Assembly: GCA_001662655.1 (NCBI GenBank)
Contig: KV460252.1
DNA from: Pseudogymnoascus verrucosus
Taxonomy: Eukaryota
Reading direction: 5' to 3' (one strand)
DNA length: 20,000 nt
The notes beneath the pieces were generated by a model. That model was not told the DNA's origin, ran no database searches, and saw only the letters and a list, made by a program, of their open reading frames with translations. Every line of letters begins with the position of its first letter. Position 1 is the first letter of the stretch. A program made the translations under genes and the position numbers. Shown here piece by piece: positions 1 to 11,182 of this stretch.

Positions 1-626
1 AGGCCCGTATGGACTACACTAAAGCTGATGCGGACTAGTCCATCATCAATGCCTCGGCAGACGGTGTATTTTCCAATACCTTTCCTCTCAAATGTTAACA
101 AATGCCAACAAGTCTCACTGAATCGTGCAGACGAGGCTACGACTAAATCAAGCAACTCCCGCGAAATATATGGGGATTGTCTCCAGTCTTCATTTCCGTT
201 AGAGTACTTCGAACAATGCGTGCGGGGGAATAGCCAGTTACCCCATCTCCCCCAGCTTCCATCGCGGAAAGGGGCATAGCGTCACTGAGTCCAGAGTTCG
301 ACGCGAAGCTCAACGCGTCTAAATGGTGTCTATTTTCTGTCTATTTAGGTTACTCCCCATCACGACTTGCGGTTAACAACGCGAACCCTATCACCGCCAC
401 CACGAACAGGAGATGCCCCATCATGGCCCCAAAATTTAGCCAGCTGCGCGTCCCCGCCCTTCCCATCCCCACACCGCGCGCCGTCCTACGGGCCTCGCCG
501 CCTCTTGCCGCACTCACGAAAGCCTCCCTCTCGAACCGTCACCATATCCGCGTGCTGCTCTCGCTGTTCGCGTCGCGGAACCTGCTGAAGTCGCTGCTCA
601 CGTTTCGGCCGGTTAATCGCAAGACT

Positions 627-1773
627 CTAAAACCAGGAGTTCCAATCTGGAAAATGCTTCTCCAGGCGCTCTGGGTGGCTGTCTGGCCAGGTCTGTTCCA
701 GGGTCTGGCGAAGCTCATCATAAAGGACCCGATAGGCGGGAGGGTTGAAGTGGAGGCCTGTCAGGAGGTTGTTAGCGATGGGGATTGGGATGGTGGTGTT
801 GAGGTGGAGGTTCCGGCGGGATGACGGGATGAGCAGGAAGGACAAAATTATACACACCATCGGAGAGCAACTCAGCAAAGGCGGGATTCTTATCCGTTTT
901 CAAACTGCCGGGGAGCACGCCCTCGCCGCTCCACCCTGTCCGCGCCATCAACGCGCTCCACAGGTCACAAACGACAACTTCTCGCCCTTCTGCTCTCAGC
1001 GCCTCTCCGACGGCCTTTCCAGCTTCGGCGTACGCCCGGGCTTTCTCGGCACTGCGACCGCGGTCAACACGTCCGTCAGAGCGCGTCTCCTCGGCGAGCT
1101 GATACTCGTCCACGGGTGGGGTGGTGATAATGACAATGCGTGGGTTGTGCGCGAGAAGGAGGGGGTGGGAGAGAATGGCAAGGAGGTTCTCGCGGTAGGT
1201 TTGGAGGGGAACGTGTTGGTGGCTGACGCCGCCGAGGTGACAGGAGTCGTTGGCACCGAAGAAGAGGGTCTAGTTGGGGGTTAGTGGGGGTTTGAATGGA
1301 TGGCGGGAGAAATACCATGTAGTCGATTTTGGCGGTGGTGGGGGGAGGGAAGATGTATTCGATTATGGCAAGAGCTTGGTCGGTGTTGTATCCACTGGAG
1401 GGGTTGGCAACGGACGTGCTGGTGATTGGGAGACATACCTAAGCCCGCGGTCCACAACGTCTAGGCGGCGCATATAGTCTGTAGCATACAAGTCAGCTGG
1501 ACTGATGAAAGCAATGTCTACTCGAGCGTCCAAGTTTGCTCCCACGCGTGACTAGATTATGGATGCGTACCATGAGCCAGCTGAGCGCCCAGAGCAAATC
1601 CTTTGTTCTGGTCAAAGGCGCCCTGGGTGATGGAGTCACCAAAGAGGAGGAATTGCTTGTACGGGAGCTGGATATTATTAGCTTGTTAATTTAATTCTAT
1701 ATGAGAATGGCCTCGAACGAACCGTAGGAGCCGCAGCAAGAATTTCCTTTGCAGGAGCCTTGAAAGCGACCAT
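627..1773 (-). CDS. IAH1: SGNH/GDSL-family hydrolase, isoamyl-acetate-hydrolysing esterase (IAH1)-like; proposed exons complement(join(627..757,858..1269,1316..1394,1439..1478,1571..1667,1723..1773)), 269 aa
   Basis: Manual splicing with GT donors, YAG acceptors and branch-like sites (CTRAY in most introns) gives one 810-nt frame: MVAFKAPAKEILAAAPT-LPYKQFLLFGDSITQG...RGLSGYNT...TLFFGANDS...DGLHF. All four SGNH blocks are present. Start context ccaacATGG. Confidence 0.88.
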
Positions 1774-3848
1774 GTTGGCGATCTCAGATATGAGTGCGGG
1801 GAAAGGGATAGATTAGCCGTGGGTTTCTTCAACGATACCAGAGGGCGAGGGGGAATTATTGAAGAGGAGTAAGTGATAGGGTTCTGGGAATAGGAAGCAG
1901 AGATATATGTACAGCCAGTATGTTTGCTGGCCAGAAGTTTGAGAGAAATGTTTGTCAGAGAAGGTGTGCACACAGTATCACAGTTATCGGTCTGGAGGTT
2001 AGAAGGTAGAGGGGTTGATTGATACTCGCTCGCCATTTCGGACCAAGTTGGTCCGCCAAACGGAGGAATAGTGCATCCGACATCGCATTAATCCATCTTC
2101 ACATTCCCCATACGCACAAATTATACTATAAGAATTGTGATCTTATAAAGCATAAGATTACAATTCCCCATTTCCACAAAAAGGAGGCTTAGGAGGCTTT
2201 CCCACAAAGATCATCGCTGGATCCGCAATGTTTCTTCCATCTCGCGTGCGCCGACAGGGGTAAATTGTTCCATTGGCCTTCTTTTTTGGCTTTTTTGGAA
2301 GGGTCTCAGGTGGGCTGAGTAAGCGATATTAGCAAAGTCTGAAAAAAGGGCGAAAAGGGAAAAAGGGACGGTTTGATCGGCAGCGTGGACCCCTATACGG
2401 TACGCTGAAACCGACGCCTTGGGGCCTTTTAAGCCCTTCAAGATCCCTATAATTTCGGGCCACAGAAGGTAATTGGGGAAATGACTTGGCGCGTCTGTTT
2501 TGGGGACGGGATTGAACTAGATGCGGCTTCTAGAGCGACCAAATGGGTCTGCGACTGCGACGAAGCTCCATGTGGATATGCACTCCGGCGAGTTTGAAGC
2601 TGACTGACGGGTGAGTTGACAGGACAGCAGCTAGTCCTGCCGTCGAGCACAAAAGACAGAAGAGAGGACAGGACTGTGCTTTTTCTGCTCCGAGACAGCA
2701 AGGCGACGCACGGCGATAGGGTAGTTGTGGTAGTCCTGCTTGTTGTGTTAGTCCTGCTAGTTGAGCTGGTGCTGTATCGCACCTGTCATGGCATTGCAAA
2801 TCATCGCGACAGGCTCTAAGACCGGACACCCCGAATGTCTCACAAAAGGGGCATATATATGAATAGCTATGGAGACTGAGACTCTAGAAAATGACGCCGG
2901 CGGGACAAGCTCTGTATAACATCCGTATAACATCCGGTAGTAAATGGTAAACAAATAGATAAAATAGCTGAGCTAGGCCCAGAGCTGAACCCAGAGCCTA
3001 AACCAACACAGCAATTGTCATCAACATAGCATATATTACCATACCCAGGTCTTATGCACATGCAGCCTCACATTCCTCATCACAATCACATTCTTCTCCT
3101 CTCGTCCCCCAATCCCCCACGCTCATCTCCGGGGACGCACGTTCTTATCCCCTACATTCCTTTCCACATCGCCTTCGATTGTGGGCGTCGTTCCCCCCTG
3201 TGTGACGACCCTTACTACTACCCCCTCTATCCCGTCTCCAACGCGACCAGTCAACTCTCCCACCTCTTGAATCCCACGATCTCCATCACACCTTTCACTT
3301 CGCATTTTACCCGCCCTGCTGCACACAATCGCACGGCCACCAACAAATATACCACAGGACGAAACGCGACAAACACACCCGAATTAGCCAGCCCAACGAG
3401 GATCTGGCCAGCCTAACTAACCAAGGCGCCACTGTCAGCTGCTTGTCTGTGGTCATAAGCTCGGCATACTGCAGCGACCGGCGCCACGCTACTGCACTGC
3501 ACGCACAGTACCTGACAGAAACCCCTTCGACGACGATCTCAGCGCGCGGCCAACACACATCGCGAGAACGACGGCGACGAGCCATTGATCGAGACGAGTG
3601 TCTGTGATTGCGACCGCAGTGGCTACGATTTGGCCTGTCGACTGTTTACACGACTGTCACGAGCCAGCGCGGAACGAGCTACATATATAGCCGGCACAGG
3701 CTACGACCACAACAACACGATCTTTCGCCCATAAACACCACGAAATACTCGAACATTGAACAGCCAGCGCCGCCCACAACGCGGGCGGTTCGCCCAGCAC
3801 CTCCATCCTCACGCCCATCTCGGTAGCAGCCTGTAATCTCGACCCACG

Positions 3849-4880
3849 ATGACCGGCCCGGCCCCCTCCCCACAACCCATCGCCATAACACTGTTCGGCG
3901 CGGGCGGGAGCGGCAAGTCGTCGCTAACGCTATCACTCGTCCGCAATGCCTTCACCTCGACATACGACCCGACGATCGAAGACAGCTACAGCATAACACG
4001 GCGGGTGGACGGCGTGGAGTATGTGATTACCATCACGGACACGGCAGGGCAGGAGGAATACCGCGGGCTGTGGGCGCAGGAGGCGCTGCATGCGGATGGG
4101 TTCGTGCTGGTGTACGACATTACGAGCCGACGGAGTCTGGAGGCGTTGGGGTGGTTTGAGGCGCTGGTGCGGGTGGAAGGGGAGTGTCGGGAGGAGAGGG
4201 CAGAGACGGCGCTTCGGCGGCGGATCGAGGGCAGTGAGCCGCTGACAAGGAGTACAACGCGGGTGGGTCGGTCGAGGCGTGGCACCGGGACGACGATCGT
4301 GAGCGAGGCGTCGGAGTTGAAGCCCGTCAAGATTGTGGCGGGGAACAAGGTTGACCTGGCGAGTTCTCGGCGGGTGCCGGCTCGAGAGGGTCTGGAATGG
4401 GCGCGGCGGCATGGGTGCGGGTTCATGGAGACGAGCGCGCGGGAGCGAGTGAATGTTGAGGAGACGTTTGGACTGATTGTGCGAAGAGTGGTGGAGGCGC
4501 GGAGGGAGGAAGAGCAGCAACGACTGGAGGAGGAGTATGCGAGGGCTACTCAAGAGAGGGAGATCCGCGGGGATAACAGACGATATACAGTCGACTGGAC
4601 GGAAGAGAGTCTACGTTATCAGCGCGAGCAGGCGAGGCGACATGAGAAGGAGAAGATGGAGCAAATGCCGAGGAGGGATGCCGGGAGGAGCGGGCAGAGT
4701 CAAGAGCAGCGCGAGAAGAAGGTGCGGAGGAGGAAGTCGGAGGCAGGTGTTGGTGTGAGACATGCCGTGACGGCGCCGTTGAGCCCTCTTGAGATTGAAG
4801 GAAAGCGGATGAGGCTGCCAATACCACAAGGGGATATTGGGCCCCCGAAGAAGGGCTGGGCTTGGTTAAGGTGTTGGTGA
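3849..4880 (+). CDS. Ras-family small GTPase, atypical (internal insertion, long charged C-terminal tail, ends in CW)
   Basis: G1 GAGGSGKS, Ras effector loop YDPTIEDSY, G3 DTAGQEEY, G4 NKVD, G5 ETSA; intronless 343-aa ORF, GC-rich. Confidence 0.9.
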   Translation: MTGPAPSPQPIAITLFGAGGSGKSSLTLSLVRNAFTSTYDPTIEDSYSITRRVDGVEYVITITDTAGQEEYRGLWAQEALHADGFVLVYDITSRRSLEALGWFEALVRVEGECREERAETALRRRIEGSEPLTRSTTRVGRSRRGTGTTIVSEASELKPVKIVAGNKVDLASSRRVPAREGLEWARRHGCGFMETSARERVNVEETFGLIVRRVVEARREEEQQRLEEEYARATQEREIRGDNRRYTVDWTEESLRYQREQARRHEKEKMEQMPRRDAGRSGQSQEQREKKVRRRKSEAGVGVRHAVTAPLSPLEIEGKRMRLPIPQGDIGPPKKGWAWLRCW

Positions 4881-5289
4881 GCCGGAGTTGATTTTTGCAC
4901 CATTTACTTTCTGTTGTATACCATGAGCCGGACGACCAGTGGCATTGAGCGTTTTACGAGCGTAGCGGCTGGTGTCTGATTCCACCTTTTACTGATCTAG
5001 GCATCGTTTTATTTTATTTTGGGGGTTTCATGTTGGATAAGCGGGTTTGTCGGGAAGGCATGGTTGTGTAAGAATTACTTGGATATTTTGGATTGAAGGA
5101 AAAGGAAAGGGAGTTTGTTGGCTGTCTTTTGCAGGGTGTACGAAAAAAAAGTTGGGAAGATATGACAGGCGAAACAGGACGATGTAGAAGGTAAATAGAT
5201 ATGAGTCAGGGCTTCAAGGCCATTAGAGAGAGAGAAAGGCATTTGCGGATTAATATGAAAACATTGACTTCATAGGTATAACTGCCAGT

Positions 5290-7467
5290 CTATCTACTCT
5301 TGATCATCCCAGCATTCGCACCGGTTCCCTTGCCACGCACAACTTTCATGTCTCCCTTTGTTTTTCCTGCAGCAAACTTTTCTCTCGCAAGCTGAATGGC
5401 AGACTTTCCATCTCCGCCTTTTCCTTTGACTGGTCCCTTCTTTGCAGGGAATGGCTTCTTCGCCTCTGCAGCGTCACCTTCATCTTCCTTCGGCGCAACA
5501 GCCACCGTCGTTCCCCCTTCTCCCTCCTTAACCTTTCCAATCCACTCTACCTTCCTCCTGACGAAGAGCTCCACCATCCAATTTCTTAATACTACTCTGC
5601 CAACCCAGTCTTCGCGTAGCTCAGCCATCGAGCTGGCGAGGATACTGCAGATGCGCTCCTTCAGCATCATGAGTCCCTGCGTGCCATCCCAGAACGCGTC
5701 GAGGGCATGCGATCCCGACTTTGACGTTGCGAGCGTGATGATCGACGCTGGGTCTGCGAGGAAGATGTTGACCAGCTTGCGGCGGAACGGTGCGTTGTTG
5801 GCACTGCCCGGGTTGCTGGGGGACGAGGGGTCCGTGGGGATCAGAGCCACCTGGAGGATGTGAGAGGTCGTCGTGGTGCAGGCGAGGTGGATGAGGGTGG
5901 GGAGGTCGAGGCACAGGAGGGAATCCTGGATCAGGGTGGCTGGGAGGCCTGGGATCGCAAGCATGGCTTGTGCGAGGAGGGAGCCGTGAAGGGTTGTGAG
6001 ATCTTGGCGGGGTTCGACTTTCTCATCGGTTTCGGCTTCTGGGGCGGTTTGGGGGGTTGTGTTGGTCATCTTGAGGAGGAGAGTCGCGGGGTCATTGCCG
6101 TATGCCTCTGCGATCGCGGTTGTGATTGCGGCAGTGCTTTTCTCGGCGCGTCGTGCGGATGTGCGCTCGAGGAGGGTCTTGAGGATGGTGGTTCGGGAGC
6201 GTTCGATAAGGTTGGGGATTTGCGGGGTGATGGAGGTGGCCGCTTCCTCGAGATCTTCACGAGAAACGCGCTCCAGGACTTTGATGACGACGTAGGTGGC
6301 AATCTCGTTGCGAGCCAATGCGCCGATGCGGTCTTTGAAGGTGGAGCGGTAGATTTGCTTGAACAGTTTTCCTGGAGCGTATGTGACGAGCGTTTCCAGA
6401 AGGCGGGATCCGATGGACTCGTAGATGAGGCCACTGACGAATGCTGCGGACTTGGAGCCCTCCGTTTCAATGTTATCGGGAAGAAGTTTTCTCAGGATGG
6501 AGCCGGACGCTTCTGGGGCGAGATCTTTTGTCTTTGTCGGGCGCGTGAGCTCCAATTCGAGGAGGAGTTGAAGAGCGGGGTTGGCAGTTTGGTGGCAAGA
6601 CAGAACCGGGATAGAGGTCTCGTCAAGGATTTCAGAAGTGTCGGAGATGAACTTGTTGACTGCATCTTGGAAGGAGGATGGGACGGCGCGCGCTTCCAGG
6701 CTGAGCTCTTCGGCGGACGACTTGAAGCCGGGGGTCGTGATGTTTTCCTTCTTTCTGCTTTGGAGGAGGGTTTTTGTAGAAGATTTCGCGAGTGGTTTTC
6801 CAGAGAGAACGACGAGGAGGACGCGAAGGGCGTGCGACGCGAATCGGTCGTTGAGGAGGAACCCAATTTGTCCTTCGAGTTCGTTCAGGGTGTAGAGGAA
6901 GGAGTTCTCCATCGACACGTAGACTTCGTCGGTTGGCGCAGGCTCATCTTCGGTGAGTTCTTGGGTGACGATAGGCGCAGAATGGATGAAGAGCGTCTCG
7001 CAGCAATGACTGGCGAATCGATGCTGTATGAGGTGCAGGAACTGTCCACTGAACTTTTGGAACAGCGTCTTCTTTTGTGTAGGCGTGCTCAGCAGGATGA
7101 GCCTCTCCATCAGCCGCGAACATGACTGGCTGTTCGCAATTTTCAGTTCCTTGCCCTCTGCCTCCTTGAAGACATTGGCGAGGAACAGCGACCGGTCTTC
7201 GTCGGACGGGAAGTCGTTCAGCTCGAGCAATTCGTCTGCGCGTCGGAAGTATTCTTGTTCTTCCTCGGCGAGTAGGCCGTAGAAGGGTCGTCCATCCGCT
7301 TCTTCGGTGAATGGTGGTGGGACGAAGGTGTCGGTGGTGTCCCCCACGAAGGATATGCCGCCAACATCGAGAGCGGGCCTCTTGCCCACGGGTTCTTCAT
7401 TCGCATTCGCCTCTCTCTTGCGCTTGCCCTCGCCGCGGCGACCACGTTGTTTGTTTTCTTTCGGCAT
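5290..7467 (-). CDS. NOP9: Nucleolar protein 9 (Pumilio-like repeat 18S rRNA maturation factor), 725 aa from ATG 7467
   Basis: MPKENKQRGRR N-terminus, FYGLLAEEEQEYF, KIANSQSCSRLMERLI, HRFASHCCETLF and a K/G-rich C-terminus, recognised as fungal Nop9. The track start at 7560 is a GTG; the first ATG is at 7467. Confidence 0.9.
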   Translation of the reverse strand: MPKENKQRGRRGEGKRKREANANEEPVGKRPALDVGGISFVGDTTDTFVPPPFTEEADGRPFYGLLAEEEQEYFRRADELLELNDFPSDEDRSLFLANVFKEAEGKELKIANSQSCSRLMERLILLSTPTQKKTLFQKFSGQFLHLIQHRFASHCCETLFIHSAPIVTQELTEDEPAPTDEVYVSMENSFLYTLNELEGQIGFLLNDRFASHALRVLLVVLSGKPLAKSSTKTLLQSRKKENITTPGFKSSAEELSLEARAVPSSFQDAVNKFISDTSEILDETSIPVLSCHQTANPALQLLLELELTRPTKTKDLAPEASGSILRKLLPDNIETEGSKSAAFVSGLIYESIGSRLLETLVTYAPGKLFKQIYRSTFKDRIGALARNEIATYVVIKVLERVSREDLEEAATSITPQIPNLIERSRTTILKTLLERTSARRAEKSTAAITTAIAEAYGNDPATLLLKMTNTTPQTAPEAETDEKVEPRQDLTTLHGSLLAQAMLAIPGLPATLIQDSLLCLDLPTLIHLACTTTTSHILQVALIPTDPSSPSNPGSANNAPFRRKLVNIFLADPASIITLATSKSGSHALDAFWDGTQGLMMLKERICSILASSMAELREDWVGRVVLRNWMVELFVRRKVEWIGKVKEGEGGTTVAVAPKEDEGDAAEAKKPFPAKKGPVKGKGGDGKSAIQLAREKFAAGKTKGDMKVVRGKGTGANAGMIKSR

Positions 7468-7893
7468 CGTTGGTGGGAATCGTGGTTTGCAGAGGTTGAT
7501 TGCACTTATCTTGCGATTGGAACTTTTCTGCCGGGCGGTGGGGGGAGGGATTACGATCACGTGGTAGGCAATAGTTTGTGTGTGATTCTGGCCTTAGGAA
7601 TTAGCCTTAAGAATTAGGCATTTACATAGTAAGACTTAGTAATTAGATAGTTCTATACAAAGGGGGCTGGCATAACCCTAACCGTTATAAGATGTTCATA
7701 ACCTATCCTACTCCTATATAGGCTTCAACCCTTCCTTAAATCTAAGAATAGATATTTTCCCTGTTGAGTGTCCTAATACGATAGTTCCGTTCCAGACTGC
7801 CATTTCTTCCGGTCGATATTCACGAGGAAGCCAGAGAATCTTCTCCTTCCCTTCTATTACCCAATCATCTAACACAAATAAACCTGGCTCCAC

Positions 7894-9210
7894 CTTACTA
7901 TCATGTAAGAAGGCTTCTGGCGTGAGAAATTTCGAATGGCCCTTGAGCGTCTCCAGCACTGTGCCCGTGACGGCGTCCCAGAGCCGTGTTTTATCACCTG
8001 ACCTAGCCGCCACCCGCTTGCCGTCCGGCGAGAAGGCAACTGACGAGACTGTCTCTGAATACCACTCGAGTGTCTGCAGTGGTGCGCCTGTCAGGCAGTC
8101 CCAGATCCGTACCGTATTATCCTGTGACCCAGATGCCACGTGCTTGCCGTCCGGCGAGAAGACCACCGATGTAACCGAGCTCAAATGGCCCTCGAGCGTC
8201 TGCAGTGCTGTGCCCGTCACAGTGTTCCAGAGGTGTACCATGTCACCTGACCCAAACACCACCCCCTTGCCGTCTGGCGAGAAGGCCACTGACGCGACAG
8301 AACGTGAACGGTACGGGCCCTCGAGCGGCGGGAGCGCCGTGCCTGTCACAACGTCCCAGAGCCGTACTGTGTAATCACCTGACCCAGACGCCACACGCTT
8401 GCCGTCTAGCGAGAAGGCCACTGACGAGATCTTCCTTGAATGGCCCTCGAGTATCTGCAGTACTGCACCTGTCATGGCGTCCCAAAGCCATACTGTTAGA
8501 TCATGTGACCCAGAAGCTAGGCGCTTACTGTCCGGTGAGAAGGCTAATGATGTAATTGGACCCCAATGGCCCTTAAGTGTCTGTAGTGCCTCGCCTGTCA
8601 TAGCGTCCCAGAGCTGTACTGATTGACCATCTGACCCAGACGCCCACCGCTTGCCGTCTAGCGCGAAGGCCACAGGCGTGAGAAAGCTTTGGCCCTCAAT
8701 CGTCTGTAGCACTGCGCCCGTCTCAGCGTCCCAGAGCTGTACCGTTTGATCATGTGACCCAGATGCTATACACTTGCTGTCTGGCGAGAAGGCTACTGAT
8801 GTGATAAATTTCGAATGGCCCTCAAGTGTCTGCAGTACTGCACCTGTCTCAGCGTCCCAGAGCCGTACTGTTAGATCATGTGACCCAGATGCTATACGCT
8901 TGCCGTCTGGCGAGAAGGCTACTGACTCGACTAAACTCGAATGGTCCTCGAGCTTCTGTAGCGCTACACCTGTCATAGCGTCCCAGAGCTGTATTGAGCC
9001 ATTAAGTGACCCAGACACTATGCGCTTGCTGTCTGGGGAGAAATCCACTGACGTGACCGGGCTGGAACCCTCGAGCACCTGTAGCGCCGCGCCAGTCACG
9101 GCGTCCCAGAGCCGTACCGTTTTATCATGCGACCCAGACGCCATGTGCTTGCCATCTCGCGAGAAGGCCACAGACTCGACTGAGTCCGAATGGCCCTCGA
9201 GCGTCTGCAG
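7894..9210 (-). repeat. WD40 tandem array, about 126-bp units, 10 full plus 1 degenerate repeat
   Basis: Repeated LQTLEGHSxxVxSVAFSPDGKxxASGSxDxTVRLWDAxTG units with visible nucleotide similarity (gcgtcccagagc, ggcgagaaggc). Confidence 0.92.
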
Positions 9211-11113
9211 CGCAGCGTTCCAATTTTCTTGCGCTCTCGTCTTCAATTGGATCCAAGGTGGGATAAATTTCTCAAATTGCCTCCGAACAATGCTTTTCTT
9301 CGGGGCGAAAACAAGCGCCGAACAGTATAGCTGTAGGGGTGCCTTTTCAATCACCAATCGGTTATACAAGGCGAATCGCATTGCATCATAGATAAATGCG
9401 TGTAAATCGGGGCTTTCATTAACCTATGACATGTTAATTAGAGTCTTGTAAGTAATAGATATATAGATTACCAGAACGTAAGCCTCTAGGGACAATATTG
9501 CCTGAATCCCTTCTGACGTCTTGCCCATCCACCCGAGTGCCTCGAGCCAGTGCAGTAGATGATCCTGTAGAAACCGGTGAGCTTCTCTGCCACTATGAAC
9601 CTGAGAATCACCCCTTTGTATATGCTGGACCCAGTAAAGACATGCATATTGAACTTCAGGTGGAAGGCATTCCTCAATCCAACTGCTCTTAACCTGGCTA
9701 GCTTGGCTACCAGGAGTATGCATTTTGCAAATGTCCTTCTTAAGTGTCTGGGACATTAGCTTTATGCAGCCAGCAGCTAATATCTGGTGCGCCTCCTTTT
9801 CATTCACCTAAAACTCCCTACATCGATCTTTGCTAAGGAGGAAGTCGCGAAATGAAGGATGGTGTAGGCAGAGCGGGCGAGTCGGCTCCTTTGGAATATT
9901 AAGGATCGCATAAAGGTCCTCAAATGTATTGTCGATATCTTCTTTTGGAATGTGTAATAGCTTGCTTAATGACAAGGTAGAAAGAGGTGAGAGCAACACT
10001 ACTATACTTCCAAGAATATGCTTTAACATATCGCATACCTCTTCTTTCTCTTCGTCTGAATATTCTGAGGAGATCGAGTTCTTAAGGACAGCAAGATAGA
10101 TCTCGTTGAGGTGTTTCTCTAGTGCGGTAATAGCGCTGCTACTGACCTTGAGAATTGTATCTAGTCTCTTGCGTGCGAATCGCCTCCCTTGATGGATAAA
10201 CTGACATGCTGTTGCTGCCCAAATGAAGAGGCCACAAGCGTGTAGAACTAGCTGTCTCAGAATCGCCTCGCCTGGCCAGTCTGCGCCGAGAGTCCACTGC
10301 TGCCTGATTGTCTCTAGATTGTATTCTAGGAATAGAGAGATATCATGGTTAATAGTCTCTAGTGGTATATCATGGAGTATGAAGTCCTGGTGCTTAGCTT
10401 GTGGGATACGGTATATGCTGTGTCGGATTGGAATTTCGGGTCTACTAGTTAGAAAGACTTGAAGTCGTACCGTCGTTAGTGACCGAGCCTCGGCTAAGAG
10501 CCCCAGAATGTTCTGGACGTTGATATCACCCTCACACTCGTCGAGCGCATCAACAACGAGGACGTACGGCTGGTGAGATTTCTCTAGCCTTGATAGGGGG
10601 CCGAGAACAAGCTGGCGCCACTGGTCTAAGAGGGACAGATTCGCAATATCACTCCGCTTGGTAACAGCCTCACAGATATACTGTCGAAGAGACGGCACAT
10701 TGAAAGCGAGCTGCACTGCTAGACTTGTAAAGAACTTGCCGGCATGGCTCACATCTCCGTCACCCTTTGAGAAGAAGAAGCTGGCTCCAAGACGCTTCTG
10801 CTGATTATACCTGTGGGCGACGGTACGGGTGATTGTTGACTTTCCCGTTCCAGCTAGGCCATTCAACCAGAAGATGCATCGCTCACCTTGTCCATCTTTT
10901 CCATCAGCCCAGCCATATATGTCTTTTAAAAGGTCGACGCGGGTGTTAGGGAGGCAGGCAGGTTCGTGTTGGCGGACGTAGGAATTGAACGGCGCGTCTG
11001 TTGCAAACGGGAGTAGGCTGAGGGGATCTTCTCGGGCTATCGCGTGCGTGTCAGTTTTGTGGTGCTCCTCTTTTTAATATGTATAATGTTAAAGAGCGTT
11101 AAGTTAACTTACT

Positions 11114-11182
11114 AATATGGTATATATCCCCGAGATGGGCTCTTGCGCCATCGTTGATATTAATGTCTCGGTATTGCTTGTT
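11114..11182 (-). other. R0 amyloid-nucleating motif (HET-s-related amyloid motif) of the NLR: NKQYRDININDGARAHLGDIYHI
   Basis: Aligns by eye with both pseudo-repeats of the neighbouring HET-S PFD (HQYSNIRIN--GQALAGDAY; HKYNGVEVKEGGKALIGNKY). Confidence 0.82.

Noticed and set aside
1686..2036. 116-aa ORF as the esterase first exon
   Set aside because: Out of phase with the usable donor at 1722; ATG 1773 gives a clean phase-0 join. Could at most be a uORF.
2200..3850. Short ORFs and micro-repeats (e.g. GTATAACATCC x2) between the esterase and Ras genes
   Set aside because: Low complexity with no recognisable domains; consistent with a divergent promoter/UTR region.
3933..4903. Several minus-strand ORFs over the Ras gene
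   Set aside because: Shadow frames with P/L/R/S-biased composition.
5860..7125. 421-aa plus-strand ORF
   Set aside because: Antisense shadow of the GC-rich NOP9 CDS; no motifs.
7468..7560. 31-aa N-terminal extension of NOP9 in the ORF track
   Set aside because: Starts at GTG; the ATG at 7467 gives the typical MPKE start.
7922..9391. Repetitive plus-strand ORFs (WPSSVCS...)
   Set aside because: Antisense reading of the WD40 array.
9808..9830. An intron removing the NLR premature stop (TTTAG as acceptor)
   Set aside because: Upstream sequence is conserved NACHT-associated coding (HHPSFRDFL) with no suitable donor; TGG>TAG is simpler.
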